From Malacoraja senta (Eukaryota): a DNA stretch of 64,000 bases. The DNA lies in NCBI GenBank assembly GCA_038087875.1, contig CM075989.1, positions 7,442,001 through 7,506,000 on the forward strand, given 5' to 3'. The position numbers and the translations under genes were made by a program. A model generated the notes under the pieces. The model had not been told where the DNA came from, did not search any database, and saw only the letters and a list, made by a program, of their open reading frames with translations. The first letter of the stretch is position 1, and each line of letters begins with the position of its first letter. Positions 1 to 12,850 of this stretch are shown piece by piece.

Positions 1-295
1 CCCCAATGCATACTTGCCAGGTCCCTCCCATCTTCCTGCTTCGCCACCCCACCCCCACAATCAGTCTGAAGAAAGCTCCCGACCCAATACGTCACTTATC
101 CATGAAAAATGGCCATTTTATTTCCAGAGATTCTTTGTTGGAGCATCCGACCATGCACTGCCTCTGTTCTGTCGTGTGGTGGAAGCCTTGGCTGCTGCCG
201 CAGTAGTCTCAGCAAATCACCGCAACACCGTTTGTAGCCAGTGCACAAAGCAGAGAGTAAGAAGTGACAGATACTCTACGGGGTATCAATCAATC

Positions 296-590
296 GGGCA
301 GCACAGTGGTGCAGCTGGAGACCCAGGTTTCATCCAGATTTTGGGTGCTGCCTGTGTGGAGTTTGCATGTTCTCCCCGTGACTGCATGGGTTTCATCCGG
401 ATGCTCCGATTTCCTCTCACGTCCCAATGATGTATAGGTTTGTAGGTTAATTGGTCTCTGTAAATTGCCCTTGGTGTGTAGTGAGTTTATGAGAAAGATG
501 AATAACACTGAACTAATGTGAACGGGTGATTGATGGTTAGCATGGACTCAGTGGGCCGATGGGCCTTTTTCCATGCTGTATCGTTCAATC
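296..590 (+). mobile_element. tRNA-derived V-domain SINE (HE1-like)
   Basis: A/B-box-like head, V-domain TGTGTGGAGTTTGCATGTTCTCCCCGTG, and a CR1-like tail TGGGCCGA.GGGCCT. Confidence 0.85.
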
Positions 591-3500
591 AATCCAATGA
601 AAACTTGTGAGCTTGTCCTGAATATAAATTCCCCGGTTGCCCTGGACTGAGGTGCTCAGATGCCTTTAGATCGCCAGATTGGGCAAGACATTTGATGGAA
701 CTATATAAGGTGATGAGGGGACGCATGGATGACAGAAAGTTGATTCCTTTCGTGCAGGCACAAGGAACTGTAGATGCTGGAATCTTCAGTAAAACACATA
801 GTGCTGGAGTAACTCAGCAGGCCAGGCAGCATCTGTGGAGGGAATGGATAGGTGACATTTCGGGTTAGGACCCTTCTTTAGAATCTGTGTCAAGAGACCT
901 GCATGGGCACAAAGCCACCATGGACATGGTGGACTGAATGGCTCCCTCCTTCCTACACTCTGACCATTCTATGATCCTATCATTGCCAGTCCTATAACTG
1001 CATCACTAAGATTCTATAACTGTAATTTTCACAGCTGGGAAAAGGCTTCAACCCCCTTGACTTCCAAATGTCTCTTGACTTCTGGACAATGCTTAGTAGC
1101 TGTAAATGTTCCAAGTGCTGTGCAGTGTGTCTCGGTCTTCCAACTGGTGATGAAAGGGCAGTTGGCATTGGCTCATTATCTAACTTCAGATCACTCCCCT
1201 ATGTTGCTTAAGGAAGTGGCTGTCCTGTATTCTTGCAGCTGAAACTTTTCCAGAGGTTTGTGCTGAGAATGGCCGACTGTATTTCTGACACTGAACACCT
1301 GGATTATTAGCTCCCCTAATTCACTCATCCAGAAGTGATCTCTGTGAGTGATCGGTTTTGATTGGTGAGCTGGAAAACACATCTCACTTAAATATCCCCT
1401 TTGTTTTCTTTTAGAACATTGAGAGCAATGGGTGCAGTTTTCTGAAGTATTATTAAGAGAGCTGACGAAATCACAAAGACTACACCATATCATGATAGCT
1501 TTTTTTCTTAATTGTTCAGACATTCTTCAGCTTTCTGCTCGAGAATTATTTCTGTGGCACAGGAAACATTTGAGTTCAAAATTGGGCCAACACTAACAGA
1601 TTTCTTGATTTGTAACAGGTTATCATTTGGAACCAGTTTTCAGCTTATTAACTTGGTCAGTAATTGAAGTAGAAATTGATGAATGGAGGTAAACATATCA
1701 ACATTCAAGGCAATCAGAAAGTCCACAGTTCTGCTCAGTTTCAGAAATCTATTTGGGTTTTTGTTAGTTCTGGATTTTTTTTTAGTAAGCTCTAACTTTA
1801 GGAAACTATAGAAGTGTATATTAGTCAGAATCAATGGATATTACAGTAGACATGGTAATTGAAAGATTATCTGTTAAGGCATTATATTGAATCTATTTGG
1901 GCACTGATTGTTCATGCAGGATTTCATCTGCAGAGCTGAGAATTTGAATAATTTTCATTTTTCTCTTGATTAAGCAAGCAATCAAGTTTGAGAACATGCA
2001 CTACCAGATTCGGGAACAGCTTCTTCCTTTCTGTTATCAGGCTTCTGAACGGTTCTTCCATAAGCTGGATTAACCTCCATCCCATTGCGGACATTGGATT
2101 TTGATATAGATCTGATGTGTTGCAATGTTGAGAACTATATTCTGCACTCTGTATTTTCTCCTTTGCTCTACCTATTGTACGAGTTTAACTTGATTGTTTC
2201 TATGTATAGTATAAGCGCCGATTCGGGACTTACCGTCCCGACGAGAGGGCCTGTACATCTGGCCGCCCGCAACGGCGACTGCGGAGGTTTATTGCCCCGA
2301 CCACGGGGGGACAATGGAGGAGGAAGGACTGTACTTTGTGCCTTCCACCACAGTGAAGAATGGTGTGCTGGATGTTTGTGTTAAATTTTTAATTATGTAT
2401 TATGTGTTTTTTGATTGTACCGCTGCTGGCAAGTTCATTTCACTGCACTTTATTGTGTATTAGATGAATAAATCTGATTGATTGATTGATTGATCACATC
2501 TGTTTGGATAACCTGCAAAACAGATTTCCACTGTGCCTCAGTACCCATGACAAAAATAAACCGAAACATTACACTGACAAATTGGAGAGAGAATATCCAC
2601 TTGAGGTTGTGGATTCTGTACGAAATGATGAAGCTCATCTCAGCTCATTGATGGGATATAAGCATGATGCATTTACACAGCACCTTCCATGACCACGTAG
2701 CCAGCACAACAAGCTGAGGTACGGGCCAAATGATCGGTGGAGCTTGAAGTGAGACTTCAGAGCCCATCAAGCCACAACTGATTTCCTGCTCCCCCTTTGC
2801 TTACAACATCCCCACACCCCGCAGTCAAAACTTATTTTGAGCCGTTCTCCACCAAAATGGATATTTCCAGTTCTGTTTACAAGGAACGTTTCCATTGTTA
2901 AATTTGTAAACTCCTGCACATCCTTGTCAAACATCACATTTCCCATCTCAGCACCATGTACCCACAAGTTGTGTGAGAAAATCAGCAGGAATGGGCTTAG
3001 ACTGATGCTTTTTACGTGGACATAAAGATACACATGTATCAGTTCACATGACGCTCTTGACTGCTGTATATCGATCTAGTTTTAAATTTTGAGGTGCCAG
3101 TATCACATACCAGCACATAATGTCACACAAAGCACTTGCATAGACCGAATCCGCTGAGCTACGCCAGCACTCTGTGTCTTTTGTAAACCAGCATATGCAC
3201 TTCCTTGTTTCTACACTGGCCTAGACCATGTGGTCCGTTGTGTCAACTCTTCCATCATTCAGATCAACGTTGGCTCTTTACTCTTTCCTGTCTGATTCAC
3301 CAAATTCCTTTGTTTCCCTAACATTCCAAAACATATGACATCCTTAAACCTAGAGACAAAGTACTGCAGAGGCTGGAGTCTTGAGCAAAGCGCAAAGTGC
3401 TGGAGGATCTCAACAGGTCAGGTAATATCCGTGGAGAGGATGGATGGATAGATGATGCTTTGGGTCAGGACCCTTCTTCAGACTGATTGTAAATGGGGAG

Positions 3501-5199
3501 AAAACTGGAAGAAAAAAAAGACAATGCCTGGCAAGTGATAGGTGGATACAGGTAAGGGGGATTGATCGGCAGATGGGTGGAGTAAGTGACAAAGGCTTGA
3601 AGTGCAAAGAAGGCAGAAGGGTGTCAGATAATGTGAAGCGGGGAGTGAAATGTAAAACCAGAGGGAAAGGATATAGGTGGATGGGGAGGGGGGGTGGGGA
3701 GGGGGGTTGGGGAGAGGGGGGGGGAACGTGAAGGAGGATAAAAGGGAAATTAGGAATTTGGGGATAGGAGATGAGTGTTTGAAGGAGGGGAAGACAGCAG
3801 GGTGATGGGGGAGTGAGAGATAAAACTTAAACCATCCTTAAACCCACTCGATGACTGAGCAGACCTTTGAGGTAAAGAAGCCTAAAGATTTACATCTAGG
3901 AAATAAAAGAATAGTTCTTATTTTAATCCTGAAGTCTGACCCATTATCCTGATACAATGTCCAACTCTGTTGTAGATTTCAATCCTGTCAAGTCCCTGAG
4001 ATTAGACACAAAATGCTGGAGTAACTCAGCGAGACAGGCTCTATCTCTGGATAGAAGGATTCCCTTCCTCAGACCCCGAGATCTTGAAGGCAAATTCAAG
4101 ATCTCGAGATCTTCCACCAAATTCCAGAACATTTGGATCTTTTCTATTCATCTCCTCTCTCCTCAAATCCTTCAACCTTCCTATAAAACATATCCTAGAG
4201 CACTCTCGATGACCTCCGCAACTGTGGCAAGATTTCCTTCCTCTTCTGCTCCATTGCCCTTGTTGTGTGTGGACTCTGGAATAACAAGGAGGAGGGTGAA
4301 ATGGCTGTTGAGAAGTCAGTATATACAATGCCACTGTGTGAAAGGTAAGGCATTTCCCACATTCAGGCACTTAAAATACTAAACTGTTACCATACTTGGA
4401 AACAGACAGAACTGTAGAAAGGAGACCAGTTTTTGGCCAGAATGGAAAAAGTTGTGCCTCAGGGTAATACTTTTTAGTGGGAGGGCCAGTCTTTCACAGG
4501 GAAAGCCAGGTTTTCCGTATTTAAGCCCAGGCAATTTATAAGTAAATCGAGGTTAATGCTCGAAGTATTACATTTCAATCTTCCTGAATGGAATCATTGT
4601 TGAGTCTGCAGTGTTAATGGTTACCTCCCAGGCCTGGATAGCTCTTGCCAAGCAATAGGACGTTGTTTCAACAGCAGTGCCGTGAATAAGCCAGTGACTG
4701 AGGTACGTTGGCAGCCTGTTAACTGGTCGCAAACTGCCACGTAAACTCCTGCTTTCTTACAGCTTTATCTTTACAGTGGCTGATCCTTTGGTATATTCTG
4801 AGGCTGATTTCAAAAGGCGTCCGTTCACAAAACAAATGTTAAGATACAGTAGACTGTGTGTAATCCTACATTTGCCACGTGACTGTTTTATCATTGTCTG
4901 TATATTGTATCACAGCTCGGCCCACAGGTGGGGAGAGTTAAGTCCATTCCAGCTAACAGCCGCGCCCTCGTGTTTAGTTGTTAGGAGGATATTCAGCCCA
5001 AGTGCTTGTGCTGTCCCTCTGAAGCAAGCACTAATTAATCCCACTCGCCCACAGCTCTCCCTATAAATCTTTCCACACCAGTTGTTTAAACTTTCAACGT
5101 AAAAACAGGAAGAGTTTGAGCCTTATCTGATGCGAAACAAATCCTAAATAGGAAGACTGTGCCCTATCTGATGAGAAAATAAATTCTATCATAGAATGA

Positions 5200-5700
5200 G
5201 TTTAGTTTAGAGATACTGTGAGAAAACAGGCCCTTCGTCCCACCGAGTCTGCACCAAACAGCAATCTACAGTATACTAATTCTGTTCTACATACTTGGGA
5301 TAATTTACAGAAGCCAATTAACCTACAAACCTGAAGTTAGCCACAAAATGCTGGTGTAACTCAGCGGGTGAGGCAGCATCTCTGGAGAGAAGGAATGGAC
5401 GACGTTTCAGGTGGAGACGGGACCCGCTGAGTTACTCCAGCATTTTGTGTCTGTCTCAGCCCGAAACGTCGGCCATTCCTTCTCTCCAGAGATGCTGCCT
5501 CACCCGCTACGTTACTCCAGCATTTTGTGTCTACCTCCGATTTAAACCAGCATCTGCAGTTCTTTCTTACACAACCTACAAACCTGTATGTCTTTGGAAG
5601 GTGGGAGGAAACCGGAGCACCCAGAGTAAACCCACTTGGTCACGGAGAATGTACAGACTGCACCCATGGTCTCTCTGGACGGACCCGGGTCTCTGGCGCT
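5200..5700 (-). mobile_element. HE1-like SINE, interrupted
   Basis: Reverse copy with a (TTTAG)n tail. Confidence 0.8.
5334..5572. mobile_element. Rearranged (inverted, partial, direct) Penelope-tail insertion inside a SINE
   Basis: 14-bp TSD AACCTACAAACCTG (5320-5333 and 5573-5586). Confidence 0.8.
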
Positions 5701-6194
5701 GTTCTTCTGATCAGAATGATCTGTCCGAAATATGATTCGAACGGCACAGTAGCATTCAGTAGCATTTGGACAGATGGTTCAAAAAAATAATGCAAACTAA
5801 ATGTTGGTACAACTATATGTTGGTACTCTAATTACAAATGACGCTGTTTAGAAGGTGGATGGGATCTGGGCTTCAACATCAGGATCAGGCATTTTTCTTC
5901 CATTCTTGTTTTCTTAAGTCCAGCTGAGTTACTGTATCCTGTTGCACTTAAGTTACAGAACAGTTGCCTCAGCTCATTAGTCAACCCACTTTGTGACTGA
6001 GGTGGGTGATTGTATTTCAGTGGTGTTTCAAGCCCTTTCCCAAAGCCTGAAGCCTTTGCGCTTGGCAATTCTGGTTGATGGAAAAAGACATAAATTACGC
6101 ACCTAGCCAAGGAATAATGGGGGTTATTAAGAAGTCTCATAATAGTTATGCAATGTAAGAAATTAAAACCAATAAAAACGGACTTAAGGGAACA

Positions 6195-7428
6195 CTCTAT
6201 ATTTACCGAGGAGAAAGTCAGGAGGACGGAGGAATTTTGGGTAGTCAATAGAAATGTCTCGAGAGCATTCCGTGTTATGGTTGAAGAGGTGCTGAAGGTA
6301 CTATCGCGTACGAAGGTAGACAAATCTCCAGGGCCTGATCAGATATATCCAAGGACATTGTGGGGAAACCATAGAGGAAATTGCGGGAGCCCTTGGTTGA
6401 AATTTACGAGTCGTTTTTAAATACAGGAGAGTTGCCGGAAGACTGGCATGTGGCAAATGTTGTACCTTTATTCAAGAAGGGCTGCAGGGAAAATGCTGGG
6501 AACCATAGGCTAGTGAGCTTAACATCTGAGTTGGAAAGTTACTAGTGGGTATACTGAGGGATTGGATATACAGGCATTTAGATGGACAAGGGCTGATTAG
6601 GGATAGTCAGCATGGACTTTGTACTTGGCAGTTAGTGTCTCACAAATCTGAATGAGTTTTTTTAAGATGTGACCAAAAAGGCCGGAGCTGCAGATGTTGT
6701 ATATATGGACTTCAGTAAAGCATTCGACAAGGTTCCTCATGGTCGGCTGCTCTGGAAGGTTAGATCGCATGGGATCCAAGGAGAGATAGCTGAATGGATA
6801 GAAAATTGGCTTCATGGAAGGAAGCAGAGGGTGATGGTGGAAGGATGCTTCTCGGACTGGAGGCCTGTGACTAGTGATGTGCCTCAGGGTTCGGTACTGG
6901 TCCCGTTACTGTTTGTCATTTTATATCAATGATTTGGATGAGAACATACAAGGCAAGATTGGCAAGGTTGCAGATCATACAAAAGTGAGTGGTTTTGCAG
7001 ATAGTGAAGATTGTTGTGAAAAATTGCAGCGGGATCTGGATCGATTGGCCAAGTGGGCTGAGGAATGGTTAATGGAATTTAATGCAGAAAAATGCGAGAT
7101 GTTGCATTTTGGGAAGTCTCACATGGGCAGGACCGACACGATGAATGGTAGGGTTCTGGGTAGTGTTTTAGAGCAGAGGGATCTAGGATTGCAGGTGTAT
7201 AGTTCCCTGAAGGTGGAATCGCAGGTAGATCGGGTGGTCAAAAAGGCTTTTGGAACATTGGCCAGAGTATTGAGTATAGAAGTTGGGAGGTCATGTTGCA
7301 GTTGTATAAGACGTTGCTGAGGCCACATTTAGAGTATCGTGTTCAGTTCTAGGCACCATTTTATAGGAAAGACGTTGTCAAACTGGAAAGGGTACAGAGA
7401 AGATTGACGAGGATGTTTCCAGGACTAG
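6195..7428 (+). mobile_element. CR1 LINE ORF2 fragment (reverse transcriptase), frameshifted
   Basis: Motifs KSPGPDQIYPR, DVVYMDFSKAFDKVPH, VPQGSVL, YINDLD, WLMEFNAEKC. Confidence 0.93.
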
Positions 7429-7559
7429 AAAAAATTGAGCAAAAGAACTAAATATGCAAGGGCTTGGACATGTATGTTGATCAGAGGGTAAAGCAAATAG
7501 ATTAGTGGTTGCCAAAGAAAGTGAGCGGAGCTTATGTAGAGCCCAGATGTTGGCGTTCA

Positions 7560-8640
7560 GGAGTCGTAGAGTTATAGAGCAAGGAAATAGGCCCTTAGGC
7601 CCAAATTATTCACACCAATCTTGTTGCTTACCTGAGCTAGTCCTATTTCCCTGTATTTGGCCCATACCGCTCTAACCCTTCGCTATCCATGTTTTATCAA
7701 ACTGCCTTTTAGACATTGTGATTATTCTAGCCTCTACAGCTTCCCCTGGCAACTAAATCCATATACACAACATCTGTGTGCAAAATTTCCCTGGGTCCCA
7801 TTTTTAAATCTTTGCCCTTACTCCTGAAGTCTGTGCCCTCTAGACTCCCCAACTCTGGGAGAAAAGACTAAAAGTCACATTATCTACACTTCTCATGATT
7901 TCATAAACCTCTAAGGTCACCCTTCAACCTCCTATGATCCAGGGAAAACAGACCCAGCCTGTCCAGTCGCTTATAATAACTCAAACCTTCCAATCCAATT
8001 AACATCCTTCTACAACCTGTCTGCACCCATTCCAGCTAATCATATCCTTCCTATAGCTGGGCAACCAGAACTGAACGCAATACTCCCTCGTGTGGTCTGA
8101 CTAGCATCTTGTATCCCAACCCTGGTACTCTATTCCTTGATCAATGAAGGCAAGTCTACCAAATGCTTTCTTTATCACTCTGTCTACCTATGTTGCCACT
8201 TTCAAAGAAACGATGTCCTTGTTCAACTGCACTCACCAAGGTCCTACCATTTACTGTGTAAAGGGCCTGTCCCACTTTCACAACCTAATTCAGGACCTTT
8301 TTTACTCGTGGACATTTTTCATCATGCTAGAAAAACGCCCCGACCTACTTGATGCCACGAGTACCTACGACTAGCATCACGACCTACCTACGACCTCGTG
8401 ACGACCATGCTGCGAGTATGAGTCAAGGACAAACTCGGCAGAGGTCGTGAATTAGGTCGTGAGAGTGGGACAGGCCCTTAAGTTGTGACACTGTTTAATT
8501 TGCCAAAATGCAACCTTGCACTTGTCAGAGTTAAATTCCATTTGCCATTACTAAATGATCTAGCTTCTTTTGTAAACCTAGATAACCACCTTCACTGTCC
8601 ACTATACCACCAGTTTTGCTGTTATGTACAAACTTCTAAC
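7560..8640 (-). mobile_element. Decayed CR1 LINE 3' portion
   Basis: Reverse-strand CR1 3' end sequence, interrupted by the Harbinger MITE. Confidence 0.7.
8262..8478. mobile_element. PIF/Harbinger-type MITE
   Basis: TIR AGGGCCTGTCCCAC...GTGGGACAGGCCCT with a TAA target-site duplication, inserted in a decayed CR1. Confidence 0.85.
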
Positions 8641-8859
8641 GATGGCAACTACATTCTTGTCCAAATCACTGAAACAAAATGGTGGGAATTCTAAATTGAA
8701 AGTGTTAGCAGTGATGAGCAATGATAAGTAATGTTCCTGCAAGGAACTGGTGCAAGAAAGAAGAATGAGTAGCAAAGCTTTCAATGAATTGAATGGTGAT
8801 GTAATTGGAGGTTGGTCACATGAGTATTGCCATAGTCCTCGCTGTGGGTAGCAAAATAG

Positions 8860-9150
8860 ACTTCAGAGATACAGTGCAGAAACAGGACCTTCGGCCCATC
8901 AACCCCGTGCCGACCAACGATCCACCATGCACTGTTACTATCCTACATACACTGGGACAATTTACAATTTTACAGAAGCCAATTAACCTAAAAACCTGTA
9001 TGTCTTTGGATTGTGGGAGGAAACTGGAGCACCCATGCAGTCACAGAAAGAAGGTACAAACTCCATACAGACAGAACCCGTAGTCAGGATTGAACCTGGC
9101 TCTCTGGCACTGTATGGCAACAACTGTACCGCTGCGCCACTGTGCCGCCC
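8860..9150 (-). mobile_element. HE1-like SINE
   Basis: Reverse full-length copy. Confidence 0.85.
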
Positions 9151-9326
9151 ACAAAATATGGAGCCAGGAGTTATCCACTTACTCTCGACCCGTAACGTCA
9201 CCCATTCCTTCTCTCCAGAGATGCTGCCGGTCCCGCTGAGTTACTCCAGCATTTTGTGTCTATCTTTGGTGACAAAATCTCTAATGGGTGCTCCAGAAAA
9301 CATGGATTCCACTCTCCCGTCTCCCA

Positions 9327-9360
9327 GTCTGAGGAAGGGTCTCGACCTGAAACGTCACCT
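9327..9360 (+). ncRNA. Minimal hammerhead ribozyme motif
   Basis: CUGAGGA-A-GGGUC-UC-GACCU-GAAAC-GUC. Confidence 0.55.
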
Positions 9361-9395
9361 ATTCTTTTTCTCCAGACATGCTGCCTGACTCGCTG

Positions 9396-10172
9396 TCTAA
9401 CCAGTTTGTTTTGGGGATACTTTAGTTTTTCTATGTGGGGGAGGGTAAGGGGGAAACCGCTTCCCAGTCGCTTCCTGACGGGGATGCGACTATTTCTCCA
9501 AGTCGCGTCCTCGCCCCCCCCCCCCCCCCACTTCCCCGCGGCCTACCACTGGATCGGAGTGGCCTTTCCTACCGGAGACCGGAGCTTCGGCAGCGGCGGA
9601 GCGGCGCTGGATTCACCGCGGAGCGGGCGATACCTACCTGGATCGCCATTTGAAGCTCCGGAGCGTTGGGCCTGCAGCATCGACATCACAGAGCTGTGGT
9701 TCGCAGAGCTCCCAGCGCAGGCGGCGCTGACCGACATCGCGGAGTCCCTGGGGCCCTTTGCCGAAGGCCGCCAGCATGAATCTCCGCCCGGCGCGGCCTG
9801 CGGATGTCGGGAGTCGCAGACTCCAGTGGGATGCGGCGGCCGTTTTGGTGGTCCGGGCCGCTGGGGTTGGCCTCCCGTTCCGACGTCGGAGTTCCAGCGT
9901 CCCGGCGAGCGGGACTGAGCGGCGGGCTGCCCGTGGCGGCAACTGCGGGGGGCTCTGGGGGCCCCGACTATGGGTGAACATCAGGAACATTAGAGGAAGA
10001 TGACTGACTTTGGTGCCTTCCCTCACAGTGGGAAACTTTGATTCTGCTGTGTGGGGATGTTTTATGTTGAACTCTATCGTGTGTTGTGTTCTTTATTTTT
10101 ATTGTATGGCTGTATGGTGACCACATTTCACTGTGCCATCTGGCACGTGACAAATAAATGTATCTTGAATCT
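9396..10172 (+). mobile_element. GC-rich non-autonomous retroelement with AATAAA plus (TCTTGAA)n tail
   Basis: Interrupts a Penelope-tail element with an approximately 10-bp duplication TGAC(T/C)CGCTG. The 3' part is related to 2215-2470. Confidence 0.6.
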
Positions 10173-10319
10173 TGACCCGCTGAATTATTCCAGCATTATG
10201 TGTCCTTCAGCAAGGATATAACCTAATTCGCAAAATAAACAAAGGATAAAGATCATAAGATCATCTGTAATCTATTATCACATTACCATGGATACCAAAC
10301 AATTATTTCACATCGTAAA

Positions 10320-11408
10320 TTGTAATCGGAACGTCGCTATCGGTAAAGATGATGGAATGAGGTTCAGTAATGAAACTCAATGGGGAATTAGGTAAAATAC
10401 AGTTGGGGGTAAGTGGATAACTCCAGGAGAAATAGCATGTGTGCAATAACCAAATGGTAAATGTATCATTTGTTTGCAATGGTTGCAATCTTATACCGTC
10501 AAATGCTCTACACTTGAGAATTGGTTCCGGTAGAAGAGTTCTGGATCCAACATGATCATGAAATAGTTTGGACACTGAGGAGACCGTTTGGTGCGTTCAG
10601 TCTGTGTTGGGTGCAAGTAAGAAATAAGTTCCAGATCAAAATCTTTAATCATCTGCTAGCAGCAATGGCTTCCCTCTGTTTAACCTGTCGCTATCTTGTC
10701 ATCTTTGATCCATTCTCCTCTCTTGCTCTGAAAGAGAGAAAACATCCTTCTCCAGTTGACCTTTAGATGAAATGCTCACCCCAGAACCATTCTACATATC
10801 TCCAGAAGAAAGACCTGTAAAGCTAATAATGCTGATGCAAGACTCTGCACAAATCTTTTTTTAGAATTTGCAGATGTTTAAACATCACATTGAGGACGAG
10901 AGCAGACCCAGTGGACTGAAGAGCCATGCTATATGAATCAATGACCACTATTCTGGCTGCTTGATAATATCCAATGACAGGCCTTCAAGAATCATTAGCT
11001 ACAACCGATATAGTGAGCACTGAGACCTGCACCACATCTTGTAATCGGGACGTCGCTGATGATGGAACGAGGTTCAGTAATGAAACTCAGCAATAATTGG
11101 GTAAAATATGGTTGGGATTAAGTGGATAACTCCAGGAGAAATGGCAAGTGTATCCTTTGTCTGCAATGGTTGTAACCTTTTACCATCAAATGCTGTTCAC
11201 TTGGGAATTGGTTTAAGTAGAAGAGTTCTGGATCCGACACAATCATGAAATAGAGTCGAGAGTCAAGAGTGTTTTATTGTCATATGTCCTGGATGGGACA
11301 ATGAAATTCTTACTAGCTGCAGCACAACAGAAGATGTTGTAAACATAGTACATATTTTGAATAGTTTGGACACTGAGGAGAACGTTTGGTGTGTTCAGTC
11401 TGTGTTGG
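10320..11408 (+). repeat. Diverged local duplication, 10320-10610 and 11039-11408
   Basis: Collinear similarity; the second copy carries an approximately 105-bp insertion flanked by AATAG. Confidence 0.88.
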
Positions 11409-12584
11409 ATCCAGATTAATGTTGGTCTCCAGCGCTGTGAGGCAGTGGCTCTCCTAGCTGTACCACCATTCTGCCAAGTTGGATTCCCAGCAGGTCAGCT
11501 GCTAACTTTATGTTAAAGCAATAATTAATCCTCGAATAAGAAGCATCTATTAATGAAATTGAGCATTGTCAGGACTGTTATTAAAATGCCAAATGGTTGA
11601 CAAAATCCCTCACATTAGGAAACTTTGCCAGAGTTGTTTCGTCTAGTCTTTCTGAGAGTTCAGATGTGGTGGACTCTTAATTACAGCATGGAAAAGCCTA
11701 AAACATTTAGCAGCTTTGTTGTGAGCTACCTTGATGGGCCTGCATTGCTCACAACAGATATCCTGTTAGAACAGAGAACAGTAAAGCACAAGACCAGGCC
11801 CGTCAGCCCACAACGTCTGTGCCGAGACATGATGCCAAGACTGTCACATATTAACCTGCATGTACCCCATCCCCTCCATCCCCTGCATGTCCACATGTCT
11901 ATCCAAAAGTATTTTATAGGCCATTAACGTATCAGCTTCAGCCACCAACCCCAACACTGTATTCCAGGCAATCATCACCCTCTGTGTGTGAAAAAAAACC
12001 AGTGCTCTGCACATCTCCTTTAAACTTTTGCCCCTTCCCACCTTAATGCTCTGCCCTGTTAATGAATAAAGATTAGTCCTAATTTCCTGGACTGTTTGGG
12101 GCACCTTTAGTGTTCAGGGGGAATCTTTCCATTAGTGGTGACTGGGTGGTTGCTTTGTTTATTGGCTTCACTTGGCAGGTGATTTGTCTCGGGAGGGATA
12201 GAGTTTCACTGTTTTCCCCATCATAGTTTGGGGTAAGTGTGATACATCAGCCAGTCTTTCCCTGTCTGTCTACTTCATTTCTTCCTGCAGCTGTTTAGTG
12301 ACCTCACCGTCATGTCCAGGGGAGACCTCAGCTGAGAGCATAAAACAATGAGAAAGCCCACAAGAACCAGAATAAGGTGTCTCGGTGCATTGTTCATTTA
12401 ACAATTGTTTTTAGCAGTTGGGGAAATGTGAGTTAAAGCCTGATAAGATGGATGATTCAAATTGTATTGACCAGTTTGTGTGCCAACCAAACAGGTCATG
12501 TTGCCCTGTTAGCTTTGTCACTTGGACTATTTCCAAGGGTTCTAGATGACTTTCATTCTTTGGTGGTTGTTATTATGTGTACAG

Positions 12585-12850
12585 TGGGGCAGCGGTAGAA
12601 TTGCTGCCTTATAGCGCCAGAGACCCGGGTTCATTCCTGACTACGGGTGGTGCCTGTACATTCTTCCAGTGACCACGTTGGTTTTCTCCCGATGTTCCGG
12701 TTTCCTCCCACACTTCAAAGACATGCAGGTTTATAGGTTAATTGGCCTCTGTAAAATGGTGTAGGATAGTGCTAGTGTACAGGGTAGTCACTGGTCGGCA
12801 CGGACTCAGTGGGCCGAAGGGCCTGTTTCCACGCTGTATCTCTAAAGTCT
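12585..12850 (+). mobile_element. HE1-like SINE
   Basis: Head, V-domain and tail present. Confidence 0.85.

Noticed and set aside
2486..2760. Possible exon or connexin-like fragment
   Set aside because: No convincing protein match or paired splice sites on either strand.
5118..5185. Tandem GCCYTATCTGATG.GAAA motif as a hammerhead
   Set aside because: No stem II or cleavage-site context; likely a small tandem duplication.
9256..9918. 220-aa ORF
   Set aside because: Stop-poor GC-rich repeat spanning element boundaries, with no recognisable domain.
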